Source: Candidatus Saccharimonas aalborgensis
GTDB taxonomy: Bacteria; Patescibacteriota; Saccharimonadia; Saccharimonadales; Saccharimonadaceae
Reading direction: 5' to 3'
Length of the DNA stretch: 32,000 nt
Assembly (NCBI RefSeq): GCF_000392435.1
Contig: NC_021219.1
Coordinates: 930,001 to 962,000 of the forward strand
The notes under the pieces are model-generated. The model was not told the origin of the DNA. It did not search any database and saw only the letters and a list, made by a program, of their open reading frames with translations. The translations under genes and the position numbers were made by a program. Every line of letters begins with the position of its first letter. Position 1 is the first letter of the stretch. Below are positions 8,661-17,323 of this stretch, piece by piece.

Positions 8661-9385
8661 TAGTTCACTCCCTTTGGCAGCCCCTTGATGGGAGTGGGCA
8701 TGACACGTGAATCTTTGTAAGCGCGAGGCAGCATATCCTCGGGTTTCCAGTTTGCAATCAGCTCGTCTAGATTGTCGGTGGATTGATATTTCCCACTCAT
8801 CCCCTTTCGCCCATCGGCATAACTTCCAGCGACGGGGCCAGTTTTGATGAACACCAACTGACCCATTCGCTCACCGACCGGTAGCACGACGGCCTCATGT
8901 TTGTTGAGATTGTAGATTTCGAGGGTAATGCGATTGATGTAGCCAGGGTCTACCCAGCCAGCATCAAAACAGACGGCCACGCCGTTTCTTCCCCAGGTAC
9001 TACGGCTACGCACTTCGCAGGCACCACCATGTGCGCGGATGCCGACAAACTCGTGGGTATGTGCAAGGATGCGTTCGCCAGGGCGCAACACGATAATGGG
9101 GTGGTCGAGGGGGATATTTTTGAGCGGTGTATAGCCATACTGCTTGCACCATTCACCGTGTGGCATGGCTTCGAGTGGACCCTTGAAATAGCGAGCAACA
9201 TCATCTTTGTCGAAGGGATTGTAGACTGAAACGCTCTCATCTACTTCTTGTTTGTAAAAATAATGCCCCAAGGTAAAATCAAGGCTGGCCTCACTGACGT
9301 GGTTTTTGTCAAATGGCACGCAGACAATTGTCCCGTCATTGATTGCCTCAAAAATCTCTGTGTTGCTATACACACTCATACACAT
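8660..9385 (-). CDS. dcd: dCTP deaminase / dUTPase-superfamily protein
   Basis: SLDFTLGHYF..., CEVRSRSTWGRNGVAVCFDAGWVDPGYINRITLEIYNLNKHEAVVLPVGERMGQLVF, C-terminal GKYQ. Confidence 0.85.
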   Translation of the reverse strand: MCMSVYSNTEIFEAINDGTIVCVPFDKNHVSEASLDFTLGHYFYKQEVDESVSVYNPFDKDDVARYFKGPLEAMPHGEWCKQYGYTPLKNIPLDHPIIVLRPGERILAHTHEFVGIRAHGGACEVRSRSTWGRNGVAVCFDAGWVDPGYINRITLEIYNLNKHEAVVLPVGERMGQLVFIKTGPVAGSYADGRKGMSGKYQSTDNLDELIANWKPEDMLPRAYKDSRVMPTPIKGLPKGVN

Positions 9386-9420
9386 ACTCCCCTGTCTTTT
9401 ATCTTATTGTAACATGTGTT

Positions 9421-10203
9421 TTAAGGACGACGATCGAGTGGACTGGTGATGGGGTGTGGAACTTCAGCTCCCTCACGAATGCGCTTGATAATGGTGCTCG
9501 TTTTCCAATTATCACCAGTTTGGGGGTTGAGAACGTAGGGATCGATCCCATCGGCGATTAGTACTGGGTTGAGACCGCGATCTCGCGCTTCTTGGACAAC
9601 TGCGGGTTGTTCGTCAAAGACGACCAGTGTATCGAGCAGCCCGTGACGTGCCAAAAACTCTGCGAGGATAAGGGATGATTCGAGGCAGGTTTCTTGATGA
9701 ACCGGATCACCCTCAACGGTGACTAGGTCGATTACAGGAAGAAGTCCAATAGTGCTATCAAAGCTATAGCCTGCGACTCGGTTGGCGCGTGTTTCCCATG
9801 GATAAATCGGACGCGGTACGCCTCCTTTTGTTTCGACACCACCCTTTTTTGCTGCAACTTTGTAGTCAGCGTCGACGGTGACTACAAGTGAAAGTGCGGG
9901 CTGGGCAACTGCAACTGCCAACGTCTCGGCAGTAATAGGATAGTTATGACTATGCAAAAAAGCCCGTGCACCGAGCAGGCGCACATGTCGTAAATACCAT
10001 TCATGATTATCGTGCGGGACATCAAAAGCACCATCAACCAGTGTAATATGGCTATGACGTATCTCGCGAAGGTGTCGAAATGAGGCAAGCACTATTGCAT
10101 CCGTATACTCGGGTTCTGGGTAGAGCAGACGCTCGGGCGCACGCAGGGTCGGCCCAAATACTTCAAATACATCTGGATTTCTATCACCTAACTCATGCGC
10201 CAT
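9421..10203 (-). CDS. HIGH-motif nucleotidyltransferase-like protein, paralog A
   Basis: ITLVDGAFDVPHDNHEWYLRHVRLLGA (DGxFDxxHxxH), VVTVDADYKVAAKKG, and C-terminal TSTIIKRI (ISSTxIR-like). Confidence 0.65.
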   Translation of the reverse strand: MAHELGDRNPDVFEVFGPTLRAPERLLYPEPEYTDAIVLASFRHLREIRHSHITLVDGAFDVPHDNHEWYLRHVRLLGARAFLHSHNYPITAETLAVAVAQPALSLVVTVDADYKVAAKKGGVETKGGVPRPIYPWETRANRVAGYSFDSTIGLLPVIDLVTVEGDPVHQETCLESSLILAEFLARHGLLDTLVVFDEQPAVVQEARDRGLNPVLIADGIDPYVLNPQTGDNWKTSTIIKRIREGAEVPHPITSPLDRRP

Positions 10204-10258
10204 AGCAGTCTCCTCCAGTCACTCTGTCGATAGTGCTATGGTACAGATGATTGATCGT

Positions 10259-11041
10259 TTAATCAAGGGGGCTGGTGATGGGATGTGGTACGGGTTCACC
10301 TTGAGCACGACGAATAAGATCACTACTGCTCCAGGGCCTATCGGTTTGTGGATTGAGCCCAAATGGTATGTCGTCGGGGTTGATGATGATGGGGTTGAGT
10401 CCTGCTTCGGTGGCTTGGGTCAGAGCGGCCGAATGTTCTTTATTGATGACAACATTGTCGAGGAGGTCTCTCTCAGCGAGAAATATAGCGAGAGACACAA
10501 ATGACTCGAGCGCAGTGCCTCGGTGAACGTGGTCGCCCTCTACCGTTACTAGGTCAGTGGTGGGCACATAAAGCCCTGATGCTGGCGCAGTTTCAAACGT
10601 ATAGCCAGCTACCCGATCCGCACGTGCCTGCCATGGATAAATGGGGCGCTGAACACCTCCTTTTTCGGCAAATCCACTCTTTACATGGGCGACTTTATGA
10701 TCTGCGTCGACGGTGATTGCAGTGATAACGTCAGGAGAAATAAGCATATTGCGCACCATATCGGGAGTTGGCTCAATGCTTCGTGCTATGAGTGATGCAG
10801 CGGCGCCAAGGGCTCGCGTATGGCGAACCATCCATTCGTGGCCGTCGTGTGGTACGTCAAAAGCTCCATCCGCAAGGGTGATATTGGTATGATCACTGCG
10901 TCGACGGAGTGAAGAAAAAACAGCCGTAACAGCTTGGTCGGTCTCTTCTGGTCTTGGATAGAGTAAACGATCTGGCGAACGAAGGGTTGCGCCAAATACC
11001 TGAAATACGTCCTGCTTGTCAGGGGTACCACCAAATGCCAT
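10259..11041 (-). CDS. HIGH-motif nucleotidyltransferase-like protein, paralog B
   Basis: ITLADGAFDVPHDGHEWMVRHTRALGA (DGxFDxxHxGH), ITVDADHKVA, C-terminal SSSDLIRRAQGEPVPHPITSPLD; extensively similar to 9421..10203. Confidence 0.65.
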   Translation of the reverse strand: MAFGGTPDKQDVFQVFGATLRSPDRLLYPRPEETDQAVTAVFSSLRRRSDHTNITLADGAFDVPHDGHEWMVRHTRALGAAASLIARSIEPTPDMVRNMLISPDVITAITVDADHKVAHVKSGFAEKGGVQRPIYPWQARADRVAGYTFETAPASGLYVPTTDLVTVEGDHVHRGTALESFVSLAIFLAERDLLDNVVINKEHSAALTQATEAGLNPIIINPDDIPFGLNPQTDRPWSSSDLIRRAQGEPVPHPITSPLD

Positions 11042-11049
11042 AACTACTC

Positions 11050-11514
11050 CTATCGGCTCATCAATATGTGAGGTTTACGTAGGTATAATACCATATCTAT
11101 CCGCTTTTTGTCAAGTTTTAACAGATGAGTATGGAGATGAGGCACGGATTTTGTAATATTGTCCGGCGAGCGAGTATATAGCGAGTACCCATCTGATTCA
11201 TAGGCGCATACGAGATCGATGTATTCGGCACGTTCGTCACGGTTCATCTCGTCCATCGAGAGCAGATGGCGCTTGGGTACAATCATGTATTGTTCTTGTA
11301 CTTTGCACCCCTCCCAGATGTCGTAGCCAAATTGATTATGTGTGAGGCGAAAATGCTCAAATTCTCTGACTACCTGGGGACTTTCTGAGTTGAATCCGCA
11401 AAATGCACAGGAGTTGGATTTGACGGTTTTTTTGTATGCCTGGTAAACGGCCTCGTTTTTTGGTTTGCGCGTCATGGGACCGGCCTGGAGAAATCGTCGT
11501 TTCATTGGCTCCAT
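11050..11514 (-). CDS. HIT-like protein with N-terminal CxxC
   Basis: SCAFCGFN...MIVPKRHLLSMDEM...KSVPHLHTHLLKL (HxHxH-type HIT motif). Confidence 0.75.
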   Translation of the reverse strand: MEPMKRRFLQAGPMTRKPKNEAVYQAYKKTVKSNSCAFCGFNSESPQVVREFEHFRLTHNQFGYDIWEGCKVQEQYMIVPKRHLLSMDEMNRDERAEYIDLVCAYESDGYSLYTRSPDNITKSVPHLHTHLLKLDKKRIDMVLYLRKPHILMSR

Positions 11515-11545
11515 TGTAGCACTTTTGGTACACTAAAGAGCGACT

Positions 11546-12034
11546 ATGAAAGAACTCATTGTGGCCTACGATCAAAAACGCGGCATTGGTGCCGACGGTG
11601 ATTTGTTGTGGCAGCGTGACTTGCCAGGAGATTTAGCCCATTTCAAACAAATGACGATGGGAAGCTCGCTTGTCATGGGTCGTACTACGTATGAGTCAAT
11701 CGGCCGACCACTGCCTGGAAGAGAGATGATCGTCGTGACACATCGTCCTCTCGATGACGAAGGAATTATTGCGGTTCATAGCCTTGCCGAGGCATATACG
11801 AGGGCTTCTAGGGAGCGAACAGTGGTGATAGGTGGAGGTCAAATCTATGAGCAAGCGCTTCGAGAAGGCAGTATTGAGCGTATCCACGCCACCGAGGTCA
11901 CGGCAACGTTTCCCGGGGCGACGGTGTTTTTCCCAGTACTTGACGCAATGTGGCATGAAACGACTCGCGAGCATCACGGGTCGAACGAACATGACCGCTA
12001 TAGCTACGATTTTGTTACCTACGAGCGACGCTAA
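11546..12034 (+). CDS. folA: Dihydrofolate reductase
   Basis: MKELIVAYDQKRGIGADGDLLWQRDLPGDLAHFKQMTMGSSLVMGRTTYESIGRPLPGREMIVVT...VVIGGGQIYEQAL. Confidence 0.95.
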   Translation: MKELIVAYDQKRGIGADGDLLWQRDLPGDLAHFKQMTMGSSLVMGRTTYESIGRPLPGREMIVVTHRPLDDEGIIAVHSLAEAYTRASRERTVVIGGGQIYEQALREGSIERIHATEVTATFPGATVFFPVLDAMWHETTREHHGSNEHDRYSYDFVTYERR

Positions 12035-13005
12035 ATCGCTACTTGGCCCTTGATTGCAGGATGGTGCTTGTAACCGATAATGGTGAAGTCGTCGGCTTCA
12101 AAATCACTGATATCAGTAACGCGTGGGTTTATTTCTAACCGAGGGGGTTCATAGAGCTCGCCCTCCCTGGCCAGCTGCGCTCGCACCTGCTCCTCATGGT
12201 TTTTGTAGATGTGGGCACTGCCGAAGGTGTGATAGAAATAGCGTGGGGTGCGGCCAGTAACATGCGCCATGGCCGAGAGTAGCATCGCATACTGCACCAT
12301 GTTAAATGGTACGCCCAGAAACCAATCAGCGCTCCTCTGGTATAACTTCATATCCAAATATTTTTTACCCGTCGTTGGGTCGGTTTTATTTGATGCGTTA
12401 AATTGAAATAGCGTATGGCACGGCGGCAATCCGGCTTTGTTCATTTCTTCGAGATTGCCGACATTCCAAGCACTGACGATCAGGCGACGTCCCATACTAC
12501 GGTCGTTGGTGCGCAGTGCTTCTTGCACCTGACGCAATTGGTCGATCGGCTGCCCGTGATAGCCTTCCCAGGCGCGCCACTGATGGCCATAGACCGGCCC
12601 TAGATCGCCATACTTATCAGCAAATGTTTTGTCGGTTAGTATTCGCTTCAAATAGGTGTCTTTCTCTTGTTTCCACTCGTCTGAGCCTTGCTCCGGTACC
12701 TCGATGCCTTCACTGCGTAGATACGACACAAACGGCCACTCGTCCCAGATGTGATTGTCCTGCTCCGCGAGATAGCGGAGGTTGGTATCGCCGCGTAGCA
12801 TCCAAGCTAGTTCACTGCGCACGAGTCGGTGCGCGACAAGCTTTGATGTCAGCAGGGGGAATTCCTCGCGTAAATCGACCCGCATCTGCGGTTCACCGAA
12901 GAGGTCGATGGTGCCGACCCCTGTACGATCATCAGTTGGCTCTCCTTCGTCCAAAATTTTTTTTGCCCAGTGAAGATATTGCAGTTCGGCTCGTGGTTTT
13001 TTCAT
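12031..13005 (-). CDS. thyA: Thymidylate synthase (ThyA type)
   Basis: DRTGVGTIDLFGEPQMRVDL..FPLLTSKL, GLPPCHTLFQF, QRSADWFLGVPFNMVQYAMLLSAMAHVTG, HIYKNHEEQ. Confidence 0.97.
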   Translation of the reverse strand: MKKPRAELQYLHWAKKILDEGEPTDDRTGVGTIDLFGEPQMRVDLREEFPLLTSKLVAHRLVRSELAWMLRGDTNLRYLAEQDNHIWDEWPFVSYLRSEGIEVPEQGSDEWKQEKDTYLKRILTDKTFADKYGDLGPVYGHQWRAWEGYHGQPIDQLRQVQEALRTNDRSMGRRLIVSAWNVGNLEEMNKAGLPPCHTLFQFNASNKTDPTTGKKYLDMKLYQRSADWFLGVPFNMVQYAMLLSAMAHVTGRTPRYFYHTFGSAHIYKNHEEQVRAQLAREGELYEPPRLEINPRVTDISDFEADDFTIIGYKHHPAIKGQVAI

Positions 13006-13077
13006 TTCTCTCCCCTATTTTTATTCATTATAACAATTGTGAGATGGTCAATCCAGGGCGGCAGGAGCAAAAATTAC

Positions 13078-13105
13078 TTGAAGAACCCCACTATTATTGT
13101 ATAAT
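13078..13105 (+). promoter_or_regulatory. Sigma70-like promoter for the 13185 gene
   Basis: TTGAAG-16-TATAAT; gene has strong SD (gaggaggaattgagGTG). Confidence 0.6.
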
Positions 13106-13184
13106 AGTTTATGTACAAGAGTACGTCAGGTACCCAGAACGGGTGGTAGCCATCACTCGTTATACAATCTGAGGAGGAATTGAG

Positions 13185-13706
13185 GTGGATAGATCACTCC
13201 CCCGCGCCTTCGTGGTCCTCGGCGACGTTGGCCGTGTCCATGGAGATGCGCTCATCACCGCGGTGATGGCGCCTGAACCCTGGAACGGTCTCACGGATGA
13301 GGTCATCTACCGCACGCGCGGTCAAGACTTCCATCGCATCTTGCGACAGCATCTGCGCACGAGCCGATTTGCCGACACCGTGGTGGTCTCGGTCAGACGG
13401 CAAGCTGGATGGTCATGGTCGACGATCGTGTTTGTCGTCGACCAGCGAGACGACCACTCGGGTATGTCGCTCCAGCTCCGCCGCGGACTCGTCACGGCGA
13501 GTGACCATGGTCTGACGCGCGTGGTGGTCCCCGTGATGGGAGCCAACTACTGCGACATGTCGGACTCCTCTCTGGTAGAAGCGCTCGGCGACATCGCCGG
13601 TCCCACCGTCAGAGAGTGCAACGATGCCCGTTCGCGGCTCCGTGAGATCGTCGTCGTGACAGACGACACACGGGTTGCGTTGGAACTTGGGCAATTGTTG
13701 CGCTAA
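13185..13706 (+). CDS. Hypothetical protein, 173 aa, GC3-rich codon usage
   Basis: GTG start at 13185 after GAGGAGG; own upstream promoter and downstream terminator; no domain recognised. Confidence 0.65.
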   Translation: MDRSLPRAFVVLGDVGRVHGDALITAVMAPEPWNGLTDEVIYRTRGQDFHRILRQHLRTSRFADTVVVSVRRQAGWSWSTIVFVVDQRDDHSGMSLQLRRGLVTASDHGLTRVVVPVMGANYCDMSDSSLVEALGDIAGPTVRECNDARSRLREIVVVTDDTRVALELGQLLR

Positions 13707-13723
13707 TCCTTCATACCTATCTA

Positions 13724-13772
13724 GTCCCCGCACCCCCATGTCGAAGGCACTCCGCCTCCGTGAGGTGTGCGG
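13724..13772 (+). terminator. Terminator-like hairpin after the 13185 gene
   Basis: CCCCGCAC...GTGCGGGG followed by tgttttcgtttt. Confidence 0.6.
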
Positions 13773-13793
13773 GGTGTTTTCGTTTTACTACGC

Positions 13794-14246
13794 TTATTTG
13801 AACCAAAGAACGTGAGGGAGATAGTTGTAGTACAGTGTCTTGATCTTTTTGTTGTCAATCCGAATGAAATGACTATGTTGGTGAGGGACGGACTTGGCGG
13901 CCGAGTTGGCGGGACGCGCATAGACAGCATAGCCTTCGTCTTCCATGCCACTAATGATCTGGACGTACTCAGTGCTTTCTTGAGGAGTTAGTTCGCTGAG
14001 TGATTCAATGTGGCGTTTTGGAGAAAGTAGCAAGTGTTCAGTAACGCGGCATCCATCCCAGAGCGCATACGGAAAGATGTTTTCGACGAGCCAGAAATGA
14101 TCATATTCGCGTCGGGTTTGGGATGACTTGAGTGAAAAATGACAGAAATCACAATGATCGCCGCGTACACCGCGATGACTTACGTAATGACGTTCCATTT
14201 TGCGCGTACGTACGAGTGGTCCGGACTGTAGTTTTGGTCGTACCAT
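13794..14246 (-). CDS. HIT-like protein with CxxC, second paralog
   Basis: HCDFCHFSLKSSQTRREYDHFWLVENIFPYALWDGCRV...LLLSPKRHIESLSEL...KSVPHQHSHFIRI; aligns by eye with 11050..11514. Confidence 0.72.
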   Translation of the reverse strand: MVRPKLQSGPLVRTRKMERHYVSHRGVRGDHCDFCHFSLKSSQTRREYDHFWLVENIFPYALWDGCRVTEHLLLSPKRHIESLSELTPQESTEYVQIISGMEDEGYAVYARPANSAAKSVPHQHSHFIRIDNKKIKTLYYNYLPHVLWFK

Positions 14247-14272
14247 GAGTCTATAATAGCAAAAAACGTTCC

Positions 14273-15175
14273 TTATCGACTCGTGAGGCGGACTGCCGTA
14301 TAGACGCCGCGGGCTGCGGTATTAGACACTGTATGCCAGCCAGGGAGACGGCTCATATATGAACCCAGGAGAGCATCTCTGCCGAGCGGAATGACTGCGC
14401 GGCGCTCACGAGGATCTTGGGCGATATCATAAATAGCTTCAGCAATAGTTTTTACAGGGGTCCCAAAGTGTGTTCGCCACCACTCATTGACTGCTTGTAC
14501 GGCACGTGCGGTATCGGGATCACTTCCATCGATCCATTCACCGCCATCGATGTCGGTTTGGGTATTACCCGGCTGAACGTCAATAAGACGTATTGAGGGC
14601 GGTAGTTTTGTACGCTGGATTGCCATCGCTTCAGAGAAACGAGCTTTTGCGAGCATATACTCTTTGCGGTACGGGTCGGGAAAATCGGCTTTAGAGGATG
14701 AAATTCCGATGACACACCCACCATTTTCTTGTGCTGACAGTGCGCCAACAGCCTGCGAGACAAAGTGAATGGCGGCTTGCCCATTAACTTCGCGCAGGCG
14801 CTTGACTTGCTGCCTTGCGGTTTCAGTCGGGTAGTCCCGGACATGACGATGATAGTCGGTACCAGCAACAATATGACCGGCGGCGTGAACGACCGCATCG
14901 AGTGGTTGCGGGGCTGCTATTACCTCGCCAAATAGCTCTTTTACCCCGTCTGTATCGCAAATGTCGAGCTGAACCGGCCAAAAGTTCCGCCCCTGTCGTT
15001 CGGGAAACTGTTCCACAATATCGGGGTGATTGTCGACACCGATCACAGCAGTGTTGTATGACTGGAGGAAACGATCTGCGACCGCATGACCGATGCCGCG
15101 ACGTGCACCCGAAATAACGACAAGGTTCCTGTATGACGGATCGATATGCGATATAAGCTCTGAGTTTGCCCCCAT
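14273..15175 (-). CDS. Short-chain dehydrogenase/reductase
   Basis: NLVVISGARRGIGHAVADRF (TGxxxGIG-like), VHAAG, ISSS...YMLAK catalytic YxxxK. Confidence 0.88.
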   Translation of the reverse strand: MGANSELISHIDPSYRNLVVISGARRGIGHAVADRFLQSYNTAVIGVDNHPDIVEQFPERQGRNFWPVQLDICDTDGVKELFGEVIAAPQPLDAVVHAAGHIVAGTDYHRHVRDYPTETARQQVKRLREVNGQAAIHFVSQAVGALSAQENGGCVIGISSSKADFPDPYRKEYMLAKARFSEAMAIQRTKLPPSIRLIDVQPGNTQTDIDGGEWIDGSDPDTARAVQAVNEWWRTHFGTPVKTIAEAIYDIAQDPRERRAVIPLGRDALLGSYMSRLPGWHTVSNTAARGVYTAVRLTSR

Positions 15176-15195
15176 ACGGACGCACCTATCTATCG

Positions 15196-16194
15196 TTAGT
15201 TTACTTGATTTTCGACTTTGATGCCTGGCCCCATAGTAGTGGCGATGGCAGTTGATTTCACATAGATACCCTTGAGGCTCGATGGTTTTTGGCTCTGTAA
15301 GCTGCCAAAGAACGCTCGGGCGTTTTCCTCGAGTTTGTTGGCGCCAAATGATACCTTGCCAATACTGAGGTGGATTGTTGCTTGTTTGTCGACACGGTAT
15401 TCTACTTTTCCGGCCTTTGCTTCGGTCACTGCCTTTGCAACATCAGCGGCAACCGTGCCGCTCTTTGGATTTGGCATGAGGCCTTTTGGCCCGAGGAGAC
15501 GGGCGTATTTGCCCAGTCGTGGCATATAGGCAGGGGTAGATACGAGAGTATCAAAGGCTATTTCACCCTTATCGAGCTGCTTGAGGAATGTTTCGTCACC
15601 GACGATATCAGCGCCAGCTTTTTTGGCAGCGTCGTGTTCGGCTTCGGGAGCAAACACAGCCACACGCACTGTTTTACCGGTGCCATTTGGCAACGTCACG
15701 GTTGCGCGGATGTTTTGATCGGCCTGGCGAGGATCGACACCGAGGCGGACGTGCACTTCGACGCTGGCATCAAACTTACTTGGGTTGGTCTTGGTGGCAA
15801 GCTCCAATGCTTCGGCTAGGGTGTAAACCTTTGCAACTTCGACGAGTTTGGCGACTGCTTGAAACTTTTTGCCACGGCGTTCGATCAGTGGTCGAACCTT
15901 TGGCGCAGGACCTTTCTTTTCGTGAGCAACTGCATCACCCTGGGCGCTGGTGTCGTGTGCTTCTTTGCGCGCTTCTTTTACGGCTTTTTCTTCAGCCTCT
16001 TCGAGCGCCTTTTCGCTGCGCTTACCAGCTTTGGCAACGTCAGCTTTGCGTTCAGCAACTACTTCTTTATCTGCGGCTGGCTTCTTTGTCTTTGCGTCTG
16101 CGATTAGACTCTCGAGATCAGCGATAGTCGCCTTTGCGGGCACCTCGATCTTTAGTTTTGCTGCTTCTTCAATAAGTTCGGCTTTTTTTGCCAT
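15196..16194 (-). CDS. rplA: 50S ribosomal protein L1 with long N-terminal extension
   Basis: ORF 15196..16242; start MAKKAELIEEAAKLKI at 16194; L1 core KKFQAVAKLVEVAKVYTLAEALEL...TPAYMPRLGKYARLLGPKGLMPNPKSGTV. Confidence 0.95.
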   Translation of the reverse strand: MAKKAELIEEAAKLKIEVPAKATIADLESLIADAKTKKPAADKEVVAERKADVAKAGKRSEKALEEAEEKAVKEARKEAHDTSAQGDAVAHEKKGPAPKVRPLIERRGKKFQAVAKLVEVAKVYTLAEALELATKTNPSKFDASVEVHVRLGVDPRQADQNIRATVTLPNGTGKTVRVAVFAPEAEHDAAKKAGADIVGDETFLKQLDKGEIAFDTLVSTPAYMPRLGKYARLLGPKGLMPNPKSGTVAADVAKAVTEAKAGKVEYRVDKQATIHLSIGKVSFGANKLEENARAFFGSLQSQKPSSLKGIYVKSTAIATTMGPGIKVENQVN

Positions 16195-16265
16195 ATCAGT
16201 ATCTCCTGCGGTAGTAGCGGTGATTCGATCACCTCCCGACATTACAGTTGTATGATGCTAGTATA

Positions 16266-17162
16266 TCACATTGCTGAGTGATTGTCAGTACCGACCGCAG
16301 CTCTCGCCCGTTCGTGTTTGAGCAACTGCTCGAGGCAATGTACGCCAGTGGTGACTACTTGTATATGCTCATCTATTTCGGCACTATGTGGTGCTCGGCT
16401 ACGGTTGTAGTGAGTGAAGAAGTGAGGTGCGATCATCGTTTTGCCGGCGGTAAAGGCGTGTTGTTCAACCTCAGTTGCTGCGGCTCTAGTTAACTCGTTG
16501 TAGGCACGCTTATCCATCCATTCGAGCTTTTTCATATCGTCGATAGCACTCAATAGCGATGATCGGCGTAAAAATTCTACCCCTATCTCTCTTGCCCGAC
16601 TAAGCTGTTGTTCGGTAGTCGGGGACATTTCTGGGTCGGCCATGAGTATGTCACCGAGTGACCTCTCGTCGATGCCCTTGGGGTGTCCCTCTGGGTGAGC
16701 CAGGCGTAGATTCCAACCGTAGTAGGCGTAAGGAAACATCTCGGGCACTTCCTGCTCATCAAGTTTTCCACGTAATACCTCTGCTTGTGAGGCTGCGTCT
16801 ATCAGCTCTAAATCATCTGGTGTTTCATAGACACTACGGACAAAAACTTCATCATCAGGAGCTGGTCCATAGTGAACGGGTGCTCCTGAGGAGACGTAGT
16901 AGTTTTGAATATCGTAGTTTGCAAAGTCAAATGTTCGCGGTAGCACGACTGAGTATGCGGCGGCGTTTTTGAACCCCTCGCCCCGTGGCATATATACTGT
17001 GTCGCCCTGCTGGTATTGAGTAAGGATTGCGCCCTTAGGCCCCACTGTTGCCGAGGCTAGCTCAAGCCTAACCCATTGAGGACTCGTTGGCTTCACGTCG
17101 ACCCACGCCACGCGTTTGCCGGCATCATCTTCACTATATCTCCTTAAAACTCGTTCAGCCAT
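16266..17162 (-). CDS. Hypothetical protein, 298 aa
   Basis: Full ORF MAERVLRRYSEDDAGKRVAWVDVKPTSPQWVRL..., directly upstream of rplA on same strand. Confidence 0.65.
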   Translation of the reverse strand: MAERVLRRYSEDDAGKRVAWVDVKPTSPQWVRLELASATVGPKGAILTQYQQGDTVYMPRGEGFKNAAAYSVVLPRTFDFANYDIQNYYVSSGAPVHYGPAPDDEVFVRSVYETPDDLELIDAASQAEVLRGKLDEQEVPEMFPYAYYGWNLRLAHPEGHPKGIDERSLGDILMADPEMSPTTEQQLSRAREIGVEFLRRSSLLSAIDDMKKLEWMDKRAYNELTRAAATEVEQHAFTAGKTMIAPHFFTHYNRSRAPHSAEIDEHIQVVTTGVHCLEQLLKHERARAAVGTDNHSAM

Positions 17163-17240
17163 ATCGGCAATACTCCTTGCTCTTGCGTATCTAATTGATT
17201 GTTATTGTACCATGATGCACGCGAAAGTCAATAAACAACA

Positions 17241-17269
17241 TTGACAAATATGCTTAAAAATGCTATTAT
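17241..17269 (+). promoter_or_regulatory. Sigma70 promoter for the 17324 gene
   Basis: TTGACA (17241-17246), 17-nt spacer, TATTAT (17264-17269). Confidence 0.75.
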
Positions 17270-17323
17270 GATAATAACGTCTACAGTCCTAGATGCACCT
17301 CTCTATCACGGAAGGAAAACCTG

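Noticed and set aside
12516-13172. Plus-strand 218-aa ORF
   Set aside because: Antisense to thyA for most of its length; composition typical of a shadow frame.
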